The notes beneath the pieces were generated by a model. It searched no databases. It worked only from the letters and a program-made list of their open reading frames with translations, and was not told the DNA's origin. A program made the position numbers and the translations under genes. From the IMG/VR virus record IMGVR_UViG_3300029288_004108, positions 13,651-77,650 of that record: a DNA stretch of 64,000 nt; one strand, given 5' to 3'. This stretch comes from a virus. Lineage: Duplodnaviria; Caudoviricetes. Numbering within the stretch: the stretch's first letter is position 1; each line of letters begins with the position of its first letter. Positions 8,603-19,040 of this stretch are shown one piece after another.

Positions 8603-10189
8603 TTAATTGGTTACTACTGTTATATTATGTGCAAGTAAAGAAGCAACGGCAGCATCTGATGCCGATGTCCTTGGCTCATTACTTCCTGTGATATATATAG
8701 TCTTGGCAGTTGCACTTGATGACGTAGTAGAAGTATCAAGATCAATAATAAGTTCATCAACTTCTGCTGACGATAATCCTCCTGCTGATGCTGGCTGAAA
8801 GTTAAATGCTGTAGAGGAAAGGGCAAGTGATTTCCAAGTCCGTCCACCCGATGGAGGAGTATAATTACTAATTGCATTATCTCCAAGTAATTGTATATAA
8901 AGAATATTTGCTGGTAAATCATTGAGATCACCATATATAGTGTTACCCCCAGATAAGTATATTGTTGTGACAGAATTGGATAAGAAAGCAATGTCACCAG
9001 TAATTGTATTATTTCCTAAGATAATTAAAGTGACTAAAGTACTATCGCTTGGAAGATTATTTAATGATCCTCCGACGGTATTATTTCCTATTATATTAAT
9101 ATATGTAGTTAAAGCAGGAATATCTTCAACAAGACCATTTATTGTATTTACTCCAGAAATAGAGAAATATCTTAATGTATCAGGTAAAGTAGTAAATCCT
9201 CCAGTTATTGTATTACTTCCTGCTATGGTCATATTTGCTATTACGGAATCTGATGGCCAGTAATCTAAGTCTCCCCCAATAGTACTATTTCCAGCAATAT
9301 TAATGTTAGTAACCGTAGACTTAATATCCTGAATATCCCCTGATATAGTATTAAGTCCCCCTATTGTTATATTAGTTAAAACAGAACTAAAGTTAGCAAT
9401 ATCTCCGGTAATTGTATTATTTCCAAACACAGAAATAGTAGCCAGTGTTGACGGAAGATTTACTATGTCTCCTGATATAGTATTGTTCCCCGTAACAGAA
9501 AAGAAAGTTAAGCCTTCTTGCAAATTAGTAATATCTCCAGTTAGGGTATTTGATCCCCCAACTTGAAATTGCTTCATACTTGTTGGAATATCTGATATAT
9601 TTCCTGAGAAGGTTGTCGTTTGATTTAAAGAAAATATCTCACATACACCACCAATATCTGTTACAGAACCAGTGATAGTCCCTCCTGCATATGAACTAAA
9701 ATATAATAAATTAGGAGATAACTGACTTAAAGCAATTGACATAATTAAAATTGTACCGTATATAAGATAGACATCAGTACAATTTGGGTAATTCCAATTG
9801 TTCAATGTGAGTGAAGGTGTATTTGCTAAATAAGTAGAGTCCGTTGTTTTATATGCCCAAGAGGGATTCCCGCTGGTCGCTGACATTGTATGTCCAAATC
9901 CTAACAATAAATCAGGATCATTCATTACAAGATTAGCCGTCCCTGAAGGACATTTAACATACTTTGTCTGTAAACTACCTGGAGTAGGAGTCCATGTATC
10001 TGTTCCTGTTCCTGTCCCATCCCAATTATCATAAAATAATGCCGTTCCATCTAATATAAAAGTAGCACCAGCGGCAACCTTAACACTAAAAGAAGCACAT
10101 TTAGATCCATCACCACGTGATGTAACAATCAAAGCACGAGAATAATCATACATAACACGATAAAATCCGGTGGCTTGTATATGAGGCAT
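8603..10189 (-). CDS. Leucine-rich-repeat-like solenoid protein, candidate receptor-binding protein
   Basis: About 12 repeats of ~22-25 aa (xGxNTIxGDIxxLPSTLTxIxI), a C-terminal cap, and a position after the tail genes. Confidence 0.65.
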   Translation of the reverse strand: MPHIQATGFYRVMYDYSRALIVTSRGDGSKCASFSVKVAAGATFILDGTALFYDNWDGTGTGTDTWTPTPGSLQTKYVKCPSGTANLVMNDPDLLLGFGHTMSATSGNPSWAYKTTDSTYLANTPSLTLNNWNYPNCTDVYLIYGTILIMSIALSQLSPNLLYFSSYAGGTITGSVTDIGGVCEIFSLNQTTTFSGNISDIPTSMKQFQVGGSNTLTGDITNLQEGLTFFSVTGNNTISGDIVNLPSTLATISVFGNNTITGDIANFSSVLTNITIGGLNTISGDIQDIKSTVTNINIAGNSTIGGDLDYWPSDSVIANMTIAGSNTITGGFTTLPDTLRYFSISGVNTINGLVEDIPALTTYINIIGNNTVGGSLNNLPSDSTLVTLIILGNNTITGDIAFLSNSVTTIYLSGGNTIYGDLNDLPANILYIQLLGDNAISNYTPPSGGRTWKSLALSSTAFNFQPASAGGLSSAEVDELIIDLDTSTTSSSATAKTIYITGSNEPRTSASDAAVASLLAHNITVVTN

Positions 10190-10944
10190 TATACTTCTAT
10201 TTGTCCAATGGTATAAATAATTTCCTGAGCAGATCCATCACCTACTGCTCGCCATGAGATAATATTATCCTCTCCATCGGAATCATTTAGATTGACCAAT
10301 CCTAATTTCTTTGTGAAAGAGGTACCAAGAGTAATATCTACTCCACTTCCGTCAATAATAAGTTCTAACATCCCTGCATCACCATCTGAAGCATTTAATA
10401 TATCTACTGTACAATCTCCTGTTACAGTACATATCCAATCTTTATACGTTGTACAATCTATATTAAGAGGATTAGCAAAAGCAGCAGTTTGGAATGGTTG
10501 AGCTGATGTAGTTAAATCAAACCACCCTTTCGTCCCTCCTGAGTCAGTCCCATAATATTTGCTATTCCCGGGTGATTCCAGATCGTTTACAAGAGTGACC
10601 TGATTAACACTATCTTTTGATATAGATTGTGCAAAGGAAATGCCTGTAATGTCGAGGTAAGTGGATAAATCCAAATGATAATACTCTGCATCCTTTCCGC
10701 TTGAGTCCCCACTTGATGTTGTCAATCCTCCCTGCAGGTCGAGCAGGTTGTTATGATAGGCATCCGTAATGTTATCAAAATTTACTGATGACTGTCCGGA
10801 TGTTTGTAATTCTAACTTGGTATAATAATTAGCAAGGTAGGACATAAAATCAAAAGCAATACTGCCTCCACTGATAGGACGATTTATTCCCCGTCCTTCA
10901 GCATCCCAGTCAACGTGATAAGCATATTTGTTTATTGTTATCAT
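10189..10944 (-). CDS. Tail fibre-like protein
   Basis: HNNLLDLQGG...EYYHL and PGNSKYYGTDSGGTKGW fibre-type motifs, beta-rich C-terminus. Confidence 0.6.
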   Translation of the reverse strand: MITINKYAYHVDWDAEGRGINRPISGGSIAFDFMSYLANYYTKLELQTSGQSSVNFDNITDAYHNNLLDLQGGLTTSSGDSSGKDAEYYHLDLSTYLDITGISFAQSISKDSVNQVTLVNDLESPGNSKYYGTDSGGTKGWFDLTTSAQPFQTAAFANPLNIDCTTYKDWICTVTGDCTVDILNASDGDAGMLELIIDGSGVDITLGTSFTKKLGLVNLNDSDGEDNIISWRAVGDGSAQEIIYTIGQIEV

Positions 10945-10945
10945 C

Positions 10946-13228
10946 TTACGACCATACTAATGTTTCTTCCGTGCTATCAGCTCCATTTCCCTGAATGTTA
11001 TAAGCACAAACTTTATAAGTAAATGTTTGTCCTGTTGGATCTCCTTCCAGTGACACCATATCTAAATAGGTGTTAGCTGTACCTGAATATAGTAATTTAT
11101 ATGAATCCACCCACGATGAGGAAAGAGTACTGTAAACTGGCTTCCGATAAAGTTTATATCCCTGCGCATTTGCTACGGGGTTCCATGCAGCATAAACTGC
11201 CCGACGGAATAGTACCTGACTCAGAGTTAATCCCGTAGGAGCGTCTGGGACATTCCACTCTCCCGTAGGATTCCCACTGGAGTCATAAGTAGCACCAGTA
11301 ACTGATACTTCCTCTTCACTATAAGCCTCAGCCTCTATATCATATGTCCCATTATTTAAGTCCCATGTAAACCCATTCAATAGAAATGACATAACATCTC
11401 CTGATTCATCCAGTATATTATCGTCAGTAATGATGCAGAATGGTTTAAGTATTTTATCAATTAGTATTGTTCCTTTTAATCTGGAGAGTGTTCGACCGTA
11501 TTTACGAAATTTGGTCTTAGCAAATACTTCATATAGTGGACAGGCTTCCGGAGAGTTTTCTGAAGTCCAAAGATTTGTTAATGTTGTTTCATCACTCAGG
11601 AGTAATCCATTACTATAATTGATATTGTTAAGATCAAACAAATGTAATTCAATCTCATCAGTCTTAACAAAGTTTTCATCCAGCTGGTATTCTATCTTAT
11701 TGTCCAAAGCTGTTTCATTTACCGTAACCTGGAAATCTCCAACATAAGTTGTCATAAAAACTGTTGAAGGATCCCCCGATGGTAGTAAGTTTATCAGTCC
11801 GGGAAGAACAATTAAAATAAACTTCTGAGTTGTAGGAAATCCTAACTGCTCCCATATATCATACAAATCACCTGAGAAACTTATAGACCATGTTGTTGAT
11901 TTATCATCGGTACAGTCGTATATCTGTTTAAATATTACAGCATCAAATGGATCGATAGGTAAAATAGAATCTGTAATTTTCCAATCACCTGTTTCAGGAT
12001 CCTGGTAAACATAATGATTTGTTTGGGCTCCTCCGTCGAGTCTGAGATAGAATTGAGCAGATACTTCCTGACGGGCAGCCAAGGTGTACCCTTCACCTGA
12101 CATTTTATAACTGGCACTCAGATTTGTGGTTTCCTCACTCCCGTCATTAAACTGGAGTTCAAAACTATAATATAATCCTACGGTAGCACTGGGAGCAGAA
12201 AACTTAATCCACTGCTCAATACCTTTACGATTTGTACCTACATCAATATTAGTAAGGTTAGTATCAGCATACCAAGTATTCTTTGTCAGGGCCCCTGCTG
12301 TTGCTGAAGCTGTTGTAAGTATATCAATTGTAAAATCGTTATATACTAAAGTATCCAGTATTTTATCATGCAGTTCTATTATTAATGTATGTAATCCTGC
12401 ATCATACTCAACTATCTGACTACAATCAATATATTCAAATGTTTCCCCATCACTTCCCTGTTTATATATTTCCTGACGGAGACTTCCAATTTCAACTGCT
12501 CCAGTGGAATCATACTTAACCCAATTACCAATACGAGTAATATCTTCCTGTCTTTCCAGTACCCACATATCATTATAACTATACAGAAAGGCACTAAATG
12601 GATGAAGAGCTTTGTTTACAGCTTCATATATATTATCATAATCGTAGGAATTACTATAGAACTGAGCATTTTGAACACAGGTCTGTGGTAAGAATGTATC
12701 CGTTACTGCCTGAGTCATAGTATCTTCAAACAATGTGGAATTAACATATAAAGGTAAATCTAAATCTGTTAATCCAATAATCTCATTTACCAAACCATAG
12801 ACAGTACTCTTCCCTCCTATGTCTTTCAATCCATTGGAATACTTATCTTCCAAGCGCCGCATATAATCTGTAAACTGAACCGTTATGCTACCGTAAGGTA
12901 ATAACTGTCGTTCATTAAGATCACAAATCGAGTACCCACGAAAAGCTACCGTTCCGTCATATGTTATCGTACAAAGGAACTGCCGTTCATATGATCGTAA
13001 CATAGGGGCAAGTACTCCCATTTCATAATCATTTGCTTCAATTACAATCTTTGCCCCACGACCAATGATAGGAGTGTTATCGTCCTGATAATTTGTTTGT
13101 ATCGTTACAGAAGATAATCGCAAATCGTCTTCAACAGAATCAGAGTAGTCCTGCTGGTATATTTTTACAGATACCAGCTTACTGAAATAATTATAAAAAT
13201 CTGATTGAAACCTAAGACCGTATGCCAT
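10946..13228 (-). CDS. Tail tip/baseplate hub protein with C-terminal fibronectin III-like domain
   Basis: Directly follows the tape measure gene; C-terminal PDAPTGLTL...WNPVANAQGYKLYR...YKVCAYN. Confidence 0.7.
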   Translation of the reverse strand: MAYGLRFQSDFYNYFSKLVSVKIYQQDYSDSVEDDLRLSSVTIQTNYQDDNTPIIGRGAKIVIEANDYEMGVLAPMLRSYERQFLCTITYDGTVAFRGYSICDLNERQLLPYGSITVQFTDYMRRLEDKYSNGLKDIGGKSTVYGLVNEIIGLTDLDLPLYVNSTLFEDTMTQAVTDTFLPQTCVQNAQFYSNSYDYDNIYEAVNKALHPFSAFLYSYNDMWVLERQEDITRIGNWVKYDSTGAVEIGSLRQEIYKQGSDGETFEYIDCSQIVEYDAGLHTLIIELHDKILDTLVYNDFTIDILTTASATAGALTKNTWYADTNLTNIDVGTNRKGIEQWIKFSAPSATVGLYYSFELQFNDGSEETTNLSASYKMSGEGYTLAARQEVSAQFYLRLDGGAQTNHYVYQDPETGDWKITDSILPIDPFDAVIFKQIYDCTDDKSTTWSISFSGDLYDIWEQLGFPTTQKFILIVLPGLINLLPSGDPSTVFMTTYVGDFQVTVNETALDNKIEYQLDENFVKTDEIELHLFDLNNINYSNGLLLSDETTLTNLWTSENSPEACPLYEVFAKTKFRKYGRTLSRLKGTILIDKILKPFCIITDDNILDESGDVMSFLLNGFTWDLNNGTYDIEAEAYSEEEVSVTGATYDSSGNPTGEWNVPDAPTGLTLSQVLFRRAVYAAWNPVANAQGYKLYRKPVYSTLSSSWVDSYKLLYSGTANTYLDMVSLEGDPTGQTFTYKVCAYNIQGNGADSTEETLVWS

Positions 13229-16200
13229 TAGTATAACGAGTTTTTCTTATTTGCTTTTTTCAATATACCTACAAGAGCATCCTGTTCGATACGGAATACT
13301 ACTTCTCCTCCCTCAGATGAATCATTACGGGAAGACAGAGAGTCTGCCACATTCTTTGGTAATACTACTTCTCCTGATGATAATAAGGCAGGATAGGAAT
13401 CATTCGGGTAACCTCTTGGAACTACTCCACCTTTAGCAAATCTTCCTGTCTGCATGCTCAGGAAAGATGTAGGACTTACTGATTTCATAAATCCTCCGAC
13501 CTTTGCAGGAGCTATGATTGCCATGATAATTTTCATAGCCAGAAGTCTTGCTAATGCAGCCATCAGTTCATTTATAATGCTTTTCAATATCCCACTCAAT
13601 ACCTGTTGCATATCCTTACCACCTTCCATTATTGATTGGAACATATCAGTAAAAGCATCTGCGAGTAAATCGGTAGCAGTCTGAGCATTGGTGAGGGTTT
13701 GAAGTTGTTTAGCCATTGATTTAAACATCTCCGTACTACCTTGTCCATTCTCAGACATGGATTGTAACTTATTTTCTAAAGTACTTATTTTGCCAGAGAG
13801 CAATTCACTATTGGTTGCTGCGGTATCCAAAGCATTATTCATATCTGTTAACCAAGTAAGCTCCTGTGCATTTTGCAAATCAACCAATTCAATCTTTAAT
13901 CGTTTTATATCATCTACAGTTTTCTGTACTGCTCTCTCATCAAGAATAACTCCCTTTTCTTCCTTCTTGGTAAACATATCACGAAGATCCCGTTGAGCTG
14001 CCTGCAGAGCATAACTGACTACTTCAATTTTACCAGCCAGCCCACCAAAAGCATCAGCTTCCGACTGGAGAATGTTAAGCATTTTGTTATCTTCTGCTTT
14101 TTCCTTCTGCTCATTCCACAACTGAAGATCACGATAAGCTTTCCGGATAATAGCAACCTGAGCTACTATATCTGCTCCGGCAGCAATTCCAAAGAGGGAA
14201 GTTTTCCCTGCTGATTTTGTAACAAGCTCAATCAGACTTTCATAGTTCTTTTTATATGCTTCAAACTTAGCAGAAGTATCATCAAATGAAGGATCTATGA
14301 ATTTATGTAATTGAATGGAAGATAAATCAGCATCCAAAGAATCCTTTAATTTTTGAATAGCTGAAACGGAACCTTCAACTACTCCTTTCCATTTTTTCCA
14401 ATCATCTATTGTTTGTTTTACCCAAGGAACTTTTATGGACAGTTCCGGAGTTTCTGCAATGCGTTTAACAATTCCATCATACAACTCAAAGAATGCTTTA
14501 GCCTTATCTACATCAGATCCATCACCCCAGTCAATTAATCTTTCAATACTTAATTTTCCTACTTTAAGATCCTTTTGAATAGCAGAAATTTTTTCATCTA
14601 ACTCAGCCTGTTTTTTCATCTGCTCTGCTGTCTCCTCAGTAACCTTCAGTAGTTTCTGTATTTCTTCCCTGAGAGTACGATAATATTTTAAATTGGATTC
14701 AGCCGAAGTTTTATCATAACTCATTGCAGCCGTGTAACTATTAATAGCAGCATTTGCTGCTTCTATTTCTTTCTTAGCTCCTACAATAGCAACTCTATTC
14801 TCTTCCCAATGAGGATTGTTCCTATGGGTAAGGTTCCAAATATATTCCTCCTTCTCCCAAATTATTTGTTTTTGTTTTAATATAAATTCATCATTCTTTA
14901 TTCCGTCTTTTTGAGCTGCAAGTATTTTATTGTATTTTGATTCCTCAAGGGAAATACGTTCATCTATCATATTTTGAACTCCTCTCAATTCCTCCTCATT
15001 GAGATTTTTCAAATTACTGATATACTTATTTGTCCCCTCTATTTGCTTATATACAATATCTCCTATTTTAGTATCGAGTTCCATTTCAGGAGTAGTAAAC
15101 GTCAGAGCTTCCTCCATGGTTTTTATCTCGGCCTTTACTTCTCTTATTTTCTTAATCATCACTCCTATTCCAATAGATAAACCAGCAATGACTATCCCAA
15201 ATGGATTGGTTGCAAAGAAAGCAATCAGAGTTTTTAGGGTTTTCCCAAGTGTAACTAAACGAGCACTCCATGAAATTGTAGCTGCTTCAGCTGCAATAAC
15301 AGCTACTCTTGTTCCGGTAACAACCTGAGAGAACCATATTAAAACCTTACCTACTCCATTGAGAGTATTTAATAAACCGGTTAGGACATATCCTAAAGTA
15401 CTAAAAATAAGAGCAACAGGTCCAGCAGCAGCTACAATCAATCCCCACTTAATAACACTTTTCTGTTGAGCTTCTGTCAAGGAATCAAACCATTTAGCAA
15501 CTTTATCAAGTACCCGAGTAAGCCATTCAAGTACAGGAATAAGACCTTCTGCTATTTGCTTCCCTAAGGAAATCATTGAAGTCTGCATCCCTGCTATTGC
15601 CTTATCATATCGGAGTTTGATCGTGTCTGCAACCGCAGCAAATGCTTTTCCGAGAGCTCCTGATGAATTAGTAATCTCCTTCATTATCTCAGAATTATAC
15701 TTCATATTCTTTCCTGATAATGATAAGACTCCAAGCATTGCCCGGATATTTGGAAATACTTTACTGACAAGAGTTTCTCCATAAGCAGCCGACAGCTCAT
15801 TTAATTTTTGCATTAAAGCCATTATACCCTGCTCACGGAGTATCTTTCTCAGATCACCATACGATGTTTTCATCTGTCCAAGAGCTTCTGATGCTTCATC
15901 CATAGCAACAGAACCCTGCTTTGTTTCTTTCATCAACACATTAAACACTCCACGGAGATATGTTGCAGCCTGAGCAGCTGTTGATCCTGTCAGGGTAATC
16001 CCTGCCATTGCCCCTGCTACCTGATCAATGGACACTCCAAGATTTGAAGCAATAGGAGTTAATGACCCCATAGCAGCAGCAAATCCAGATGCTTCTGCTT
16101 TCCCTTCCCTTACGGCAGCAACCAAGACATCCGTAGCATAAGCTGCCGTCAATCCTGTCCCCCGATAGGCATTTAGAACGGATGTAAGATAGTTTGCTAC

Positions 16201-16710
16201 CTCCTGTGTTGTCCCTAATCCAGCGGCAGCCGCTTTAGCGGATTTATTAAGTACATCCAGTGCCTGAGCTCCCTGAATACCAGACGATGCAATAAAATAA
16301 AGACCTTCAGCCAATTCCTTCGGATTACGACCAAACTCCTTAGCCATATTCTGAATATCCTTACTCCAGCCATTTACAACACTCTGAGCCGTTCCGGTTA
16401 ATCCTACAATCTTCTGAATAGCAAATTCATAATCCTTTGCCATTGACATCACGGCTTTACCAGCCAAAGTCATTGGAGCTGTTATTGTAGCTGATGCCAA
16501 GTAACCAAATGTACGGATGCGTTGTGATACCAAAGCAATATGGCCGATAGCTTGTTTTGAGAACACTTCAAATGGTTGAGTTAGAGCAGGAGTGATCTTT
16601 GGAACTTTGTTTTGTATATCCTTGACAAAGTCATTTACTCTTGTCTTGGCTGCAAGTAATCCAGAGTCATCTACCCCGAGTGTAATTGTTAGAGTCCCAA
16701 TATCAGCCAT
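13228..16710 (-). CDS. Tail tape measure protein (TP901-like core)
   Basis: 1160 aa, Ala-rich helical protein, central hydrophobic segments, C-terminal FAKGGVV...PALLSSGEVVL. Confidence 0.93.
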   Translation of the reverse strand: MADIGTLTITLGVDDSGLLAAKTRVNDFVKDIQNKVPKITPALTQPFEVFSKQAIGHIALVSQRIRTFGYLASATITAPMTLAGKAVMSMAKDYEFAIQKIVGLTGTAQSVVNGWSKDIQNMAKEFGRNPKELAEGLYFIASSGIQGAQALDVLNKSAKAAAAGLGTTQEVANYLTSVLNAYRGTGLTAAYATDVLVAAVREGKAEASGFAAAMGSLTPIASNLGVSIDQVAGAMAGITLTGSTAAQAATYLRGVFNVLMKETKQGSVAMDEASEALGQMKTSYGDLRKILREQGIMALMQKLNELSAAYGETLVSKVFPNIRAMLGVLSLSGKNMKYNSEIMKEITNSSGALGKAFAAVADTIKLRYDKAIAGMQTSMISLGKQIAEGLIPVLEWLTRVLDKVAKWFDSLTEAQQKSVIKWGLIVAAAGPVALIFSTLGYVLTGLLNTLNGVGKVLIWFSQVVTGTRVAVIAAEAATISWSARLVTLGKTLKTLIAFFATNPFGIVIAGLSIGIGVMIKKIREVKAEIKTMEEALTFTTPEMELDTKIGDIVYKQIEGTNKYISNLKNLNEEELRGVQNMIDERISLEESKYNKILAAQKDGIKNDEFILKQKQIIWEKEEYIWNLTHRNNPHWEENRVAIVGAKKEIEAANAAINSYTAAMSYDKTSAESNLKYYRTLREEIQKLLKVTEETAEQMKKQAELDEKISAIQKDLKVGKLSIERLIDWGDGSDVDKAKAFFELYDGIVKRIAETPELSIKVPWVKQTIDDWKKWKGVVEGSVSAIQKLKDSLDADLSSIQLHKFIDPSFDDTSAKFEAYKKNYESLIELVTKSAGKTSLFGIAAGADIVAQVAIIRKAYRDLQLWNEQKEKAEDNKMLNILQSEADAFGGLAGKIEVVSYALQAAQRDLRDMFTKKEEKGVILDERAVQKTVDDIKRLKIELVDLQNAQELTWLTDMNNALDTAATNSELLSGKISTLENKLQSMSENGQGSTEMFKSMAKQLQTLTNAQTATDLLADAFTDMFQSIMEGGKDMQQVLSGILKSIINELMAALARLLAMKIIMAIIAPAKVGGFMKSVSPTSFLSMQTGRFAKGGVVPRGYPNDSYPALLSSGEVVLPKNVADSLSSRNDSSEGGEVVFRIEQDALVGILKKANKKNSLY

Positions 16711-17173
16711 TTTGCTTTGGTTTTAAATTTGTTGGTGGACGAGTTGTATCAGCCCTTTTCTGCTTTTTCTGTGAAGCTTCATATATATCTTTCAATGCTT
16801 TTTTCATCTCATCCAAACTTTGTTTCTTGACCTCCTTAGGAGCATTCTTGTCCCACTGAGGCATATAATCAGTCAGTTCAACCAGTTGTACTTTTTTCTT
16901 TCCTGCTCCCCACTTGATAGCAATATTGGTTATTATCGTTGCCAATTCTGCCATCCTAAAATCTGCTCTCCACTCTCCTACAGGATCAAGCTGATCAGCT
17001 GCTTCCCATTCATTTATCTGATCAGCTGTAAGACCTGGAGAATGTTTCCTTAATATAGGGATTCCCAGGAAATAATAAGTACTTACTACACCATCTAAAA
17101 GAACGTCAGGGTGTAAAACCCCTAATTCTCTACAGAGTCGGAACCAGAATTGTCGGCTTGGCCGACTACGGAG
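16703..17173 (-). CDS. -1 frame continuation of the tail assembly chaperone (gpGT/T domain)
   Basis: Open -1 frame from the slippery site reads LRSRPSRQFWFRLCRELGVLHPD...EWRADFRMAELATIITN and is in frame with the 16703..16954 ORF. Confidence 0.85.
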   Translation of the reverse strand, partial: LRSRPSRQFWFRLCRELGVLHPDVLLDGVVSTYYFLGIPILRKHSPGLTADQINEWEAADQLDPVGEWRADFRMAELATIITNIAIKWGAGKKKVQLVELTDYMPQWDKNAPKEVKKQSLDEMKKALKDIYEASQKKQKRADTTRPPTNLKPKQNG

Positions 17174-17532
17174 TTTTTTACTAATGCCTCCTTATCCTGT
17201 TCTGATACCCGATTTATTCGTTGAGCTTCCGTTACAATCTTATCCAGTGATGCCGCAGACATATTCTGACTCAATGTTCCAATATCAGTATGTTGCAGCA
17301 ATAGATTCCCTTCTTCATCACAAAGGGTAGCCACCGCCAGCTTTGCCCGGAAATCATCCAGTGCCTGTTGATACTTTCCACCAGGTCCTTCTTTTAGTAA
17401 GGATGTTTCCCAGCGGTCTCTTTCCCTACCTGACATCTGACGGACAAACACAAAATTATCTTCTCCAAGATCCACTTTTACAATCTGCACTTTCTCTTTC
17501 TGCAGAAGGTCTTTACGATTTAATAGTCCCAT
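17122..17532 (-). CDS. Tail assembly chaperone (gpG-like)
   Basis: Between tail tube and tape measure genes; VFVRQMSGRERDRWE...LCDEEGNLL. Confidence 0.85.
   Translation of the reverse strand: MGLLNRKDLLQKEKVQIVKVDLGEDNFVFVRQMSGRERDRWETSLLKEGPGGKYQQALDDFRAKLAVATLCDEEGNLLLQHTDIGTLSQNMSAASLDKIVTEAQRINRVSEQDKEALVKNSVVGQADNSGSDSVEN
17152..17179 (-). promoter_or_regulatory. Programmed -1 ribosomal frameshift signal
   Basis: A-AAA-AAC heptamer (17179-17173), 6-nt spacer, perfect hairpin GTCGGC-CAA-GCCGAC (17166-17152). Confidence 0.85.
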
Positions 17533-17557
17533 GATTAGTTTTTGTTTTGTTGTTTAT

Positions 17558-17583
17558 AAAATAAAAAATTCTTGATTAGAATT
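17558..17583 (-). terminator. Weak hairpin plus U-tract after the tail tube gene
   Basis: AATTCT-AATCA-AGAATT followed by TTTTATTTT on the minus strand; same loop as the element after the capsid gene. Confidence 0.4.
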
Positions 17584-17597
17584 AGTTTTTCAATCTA

Positions 17598-18032
17598 CTA
17601 CGACGGAGCTTCAGTAGCGGTACCTGAGTTCATTGTTACAGGTCCACTGATCTTAATAGTAACGTCGGCAGTAATCTTATCATCTGTCGGAATGGTAATA
17701 GGACATTCTGTTACCAAACCTTCAAATTCTAATGTAGTTAACTCTGCATCTGAAAGACAGATTTCATAGAAGTGAGAATTAGGATCCTCGAAATCGTCCT
17801 TAAATGCATCGTAGGTAGCTCTGGTGAAGTTCATACTGAGGGAAATTGTTCCTGCATCCCTAAAGCCAGCAATGAACTCCCGATAACCACCAGTGGAATC
17901 CAGTGACGTTACGTCAATGAAATCCCTTGTCATTGTCGGACCGGTGATAGAATTTATTTCTGCCAGATTAGCCCAAGCTGAACCACTCCAGCGACGAAAT
18001 TGTGTTCCTACCCCTGATACTGCATTACTCAT
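17598..18032 (-). CDS. Major tail tube protein
   Basis: AEINSITGPTMTRDFIDVTSLDSTGGYREFIAGFRDAGTISL siphovirus tube motif; strong AAGGAGGT upstream. Confidence 0.88.
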   Translation of the reverse strand: MSNAVSGVGTQFRRWSGSAWANLAEINSITGPTMTRDFIDVTSLDSTGGYREFIAGFRDAGTISLSMNFTRATYDAFKDDFEDPNSHFYEICLSDAELTTLEFEGLVTECPITIPTDDKITADVTIKISGPVTMNSGTATEAPS

Positions 18033-18071
18033 TTGTTTTTACCTCCTTCTCAATAATTAAATTAAACATTT

Positions 18072-18473
18072 TTACCTTCTCTGAATGTCAAAATTTATGA
18101 CAAAATGAGCAAGGCCGTTGTCATCCCAAGTCATGAACGTTGGTCCATTCTTACAAGCAACAACGCTATATAAAGTTCCATTCCATGTCTCCTGTGCCCG
18201 GCCATGGAGAGAACTAATTATATTCTGAGCCAAATCCATCGCTTCCCGGTAATCAGAGTTACGAAGTCTGATCTGTACGGATGGGTAATAATATGCTCCT
18301 TCTGATTTTCCTGCCAAAGACATACTTGGAGGATACCCGTAACTATCCAATATGACAACAGAGTTTTTTGGAGTAGTCGGTTCTTTACCTACGAAAAGAG
18401 TAGTTCCAATGACAAGTCCGAGACTTGTATCGGCAACTAACATGGCAGCAATATCAACTGAAGTAGCATTCAT
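18072..18473 (-). CDS. Tail terminator/completion protein
   Basis: YPSVQIRLRNSDY...FVINFDIQR; canonical position. Confidence 0.75.
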   Translation of the reverse strand: MNATSVDIAAMLVADTSLGLVIGTTLFVGKEPTTPKNSVVILDSYGYPPSMSLAGKSEGAYYYPSVQIRLRNSDYREAMDLAQNIISSLHGRAQETWNGTLYSVVACKNGPTFMTWDDNGLAHFVINFDIQRR

Positions 18474-19039
18474 TTTACTGTAGCATTTTTCTTTATCGTA
18501 TCAATTATCTTGTTCCTATTTTTCTTAAAAGCTGCTTCCAACCATTTTCCTCCTGACCCTGGTCTCGACCAATTAACATCAGGGTGAGTCCCTTCCATCT
18601 CATGCACAAACAAAGCATAGTTAGCAGAATAACCCATCATAACAATAGGGCCTCGTTTTGCAAGAGCATTAACAGCTGCTTTTGCTCCTCCTACGATTGC
18701 TGTGTGTTGTGCTCTCATATCCTTTGCTTTTGCCCCGGTCTTTGGATTCTTTTTGAAATGACCTGATAAACTATCTCCATGTTCCCCTTCAGCTGATACA
18801 ACAAACCAACTTGCCCGGAGATTACCAGTATCAACAGGAGTAAGTGGAGATTCATTTTCTGTAGCATTCCTAATCAATACAGCTGATTCAATCAGTCCCT
18901 TAGAAGTACGATCTTTAATTCCAAGGATTTGAACATTGAGATTTTTTAACACCTCATCCAACCCGGTGATAGTTGTCTGATTATATCCTCCGAGATGACC
19001 AACACTTCTTTGTCCAAATCCTCTTAGTCGCTTTGCCAT
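18470..19039 (-). CDS. HK97 gp10-like neck protein
   Basis: TPVDTGNLRASW, YALFVHE, KWLEAAF motifs. Confidence 0.85.
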   Translation of the reverse strand: MAKRLRGFGQRSVGHLGGYNQTTITGLDEVLKNLNVQILGIKDRTSKGLIESAVLIRNATENESPLTPVDTGNLRASWFVVSAEGEHGDSLSGHFKKNPKTGAKAKDMRAQHTAIVGGAKAAVNALAKRGPIVMMGYSANYALFVHEMEGTHPDVNWSRPGSGGKWLEAAFKKNRNKIIDTIKKNATVK

Positions 19040-19040
19040 A

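Noticed and set aside
8603-13228. Diversity-generating retroelement acting on tail genes
   Set aside because: No reverse transcriptase in the window, and no near-identical template/variable repeat pair differing at adenines was seen. It cannot be excluded outside the window.
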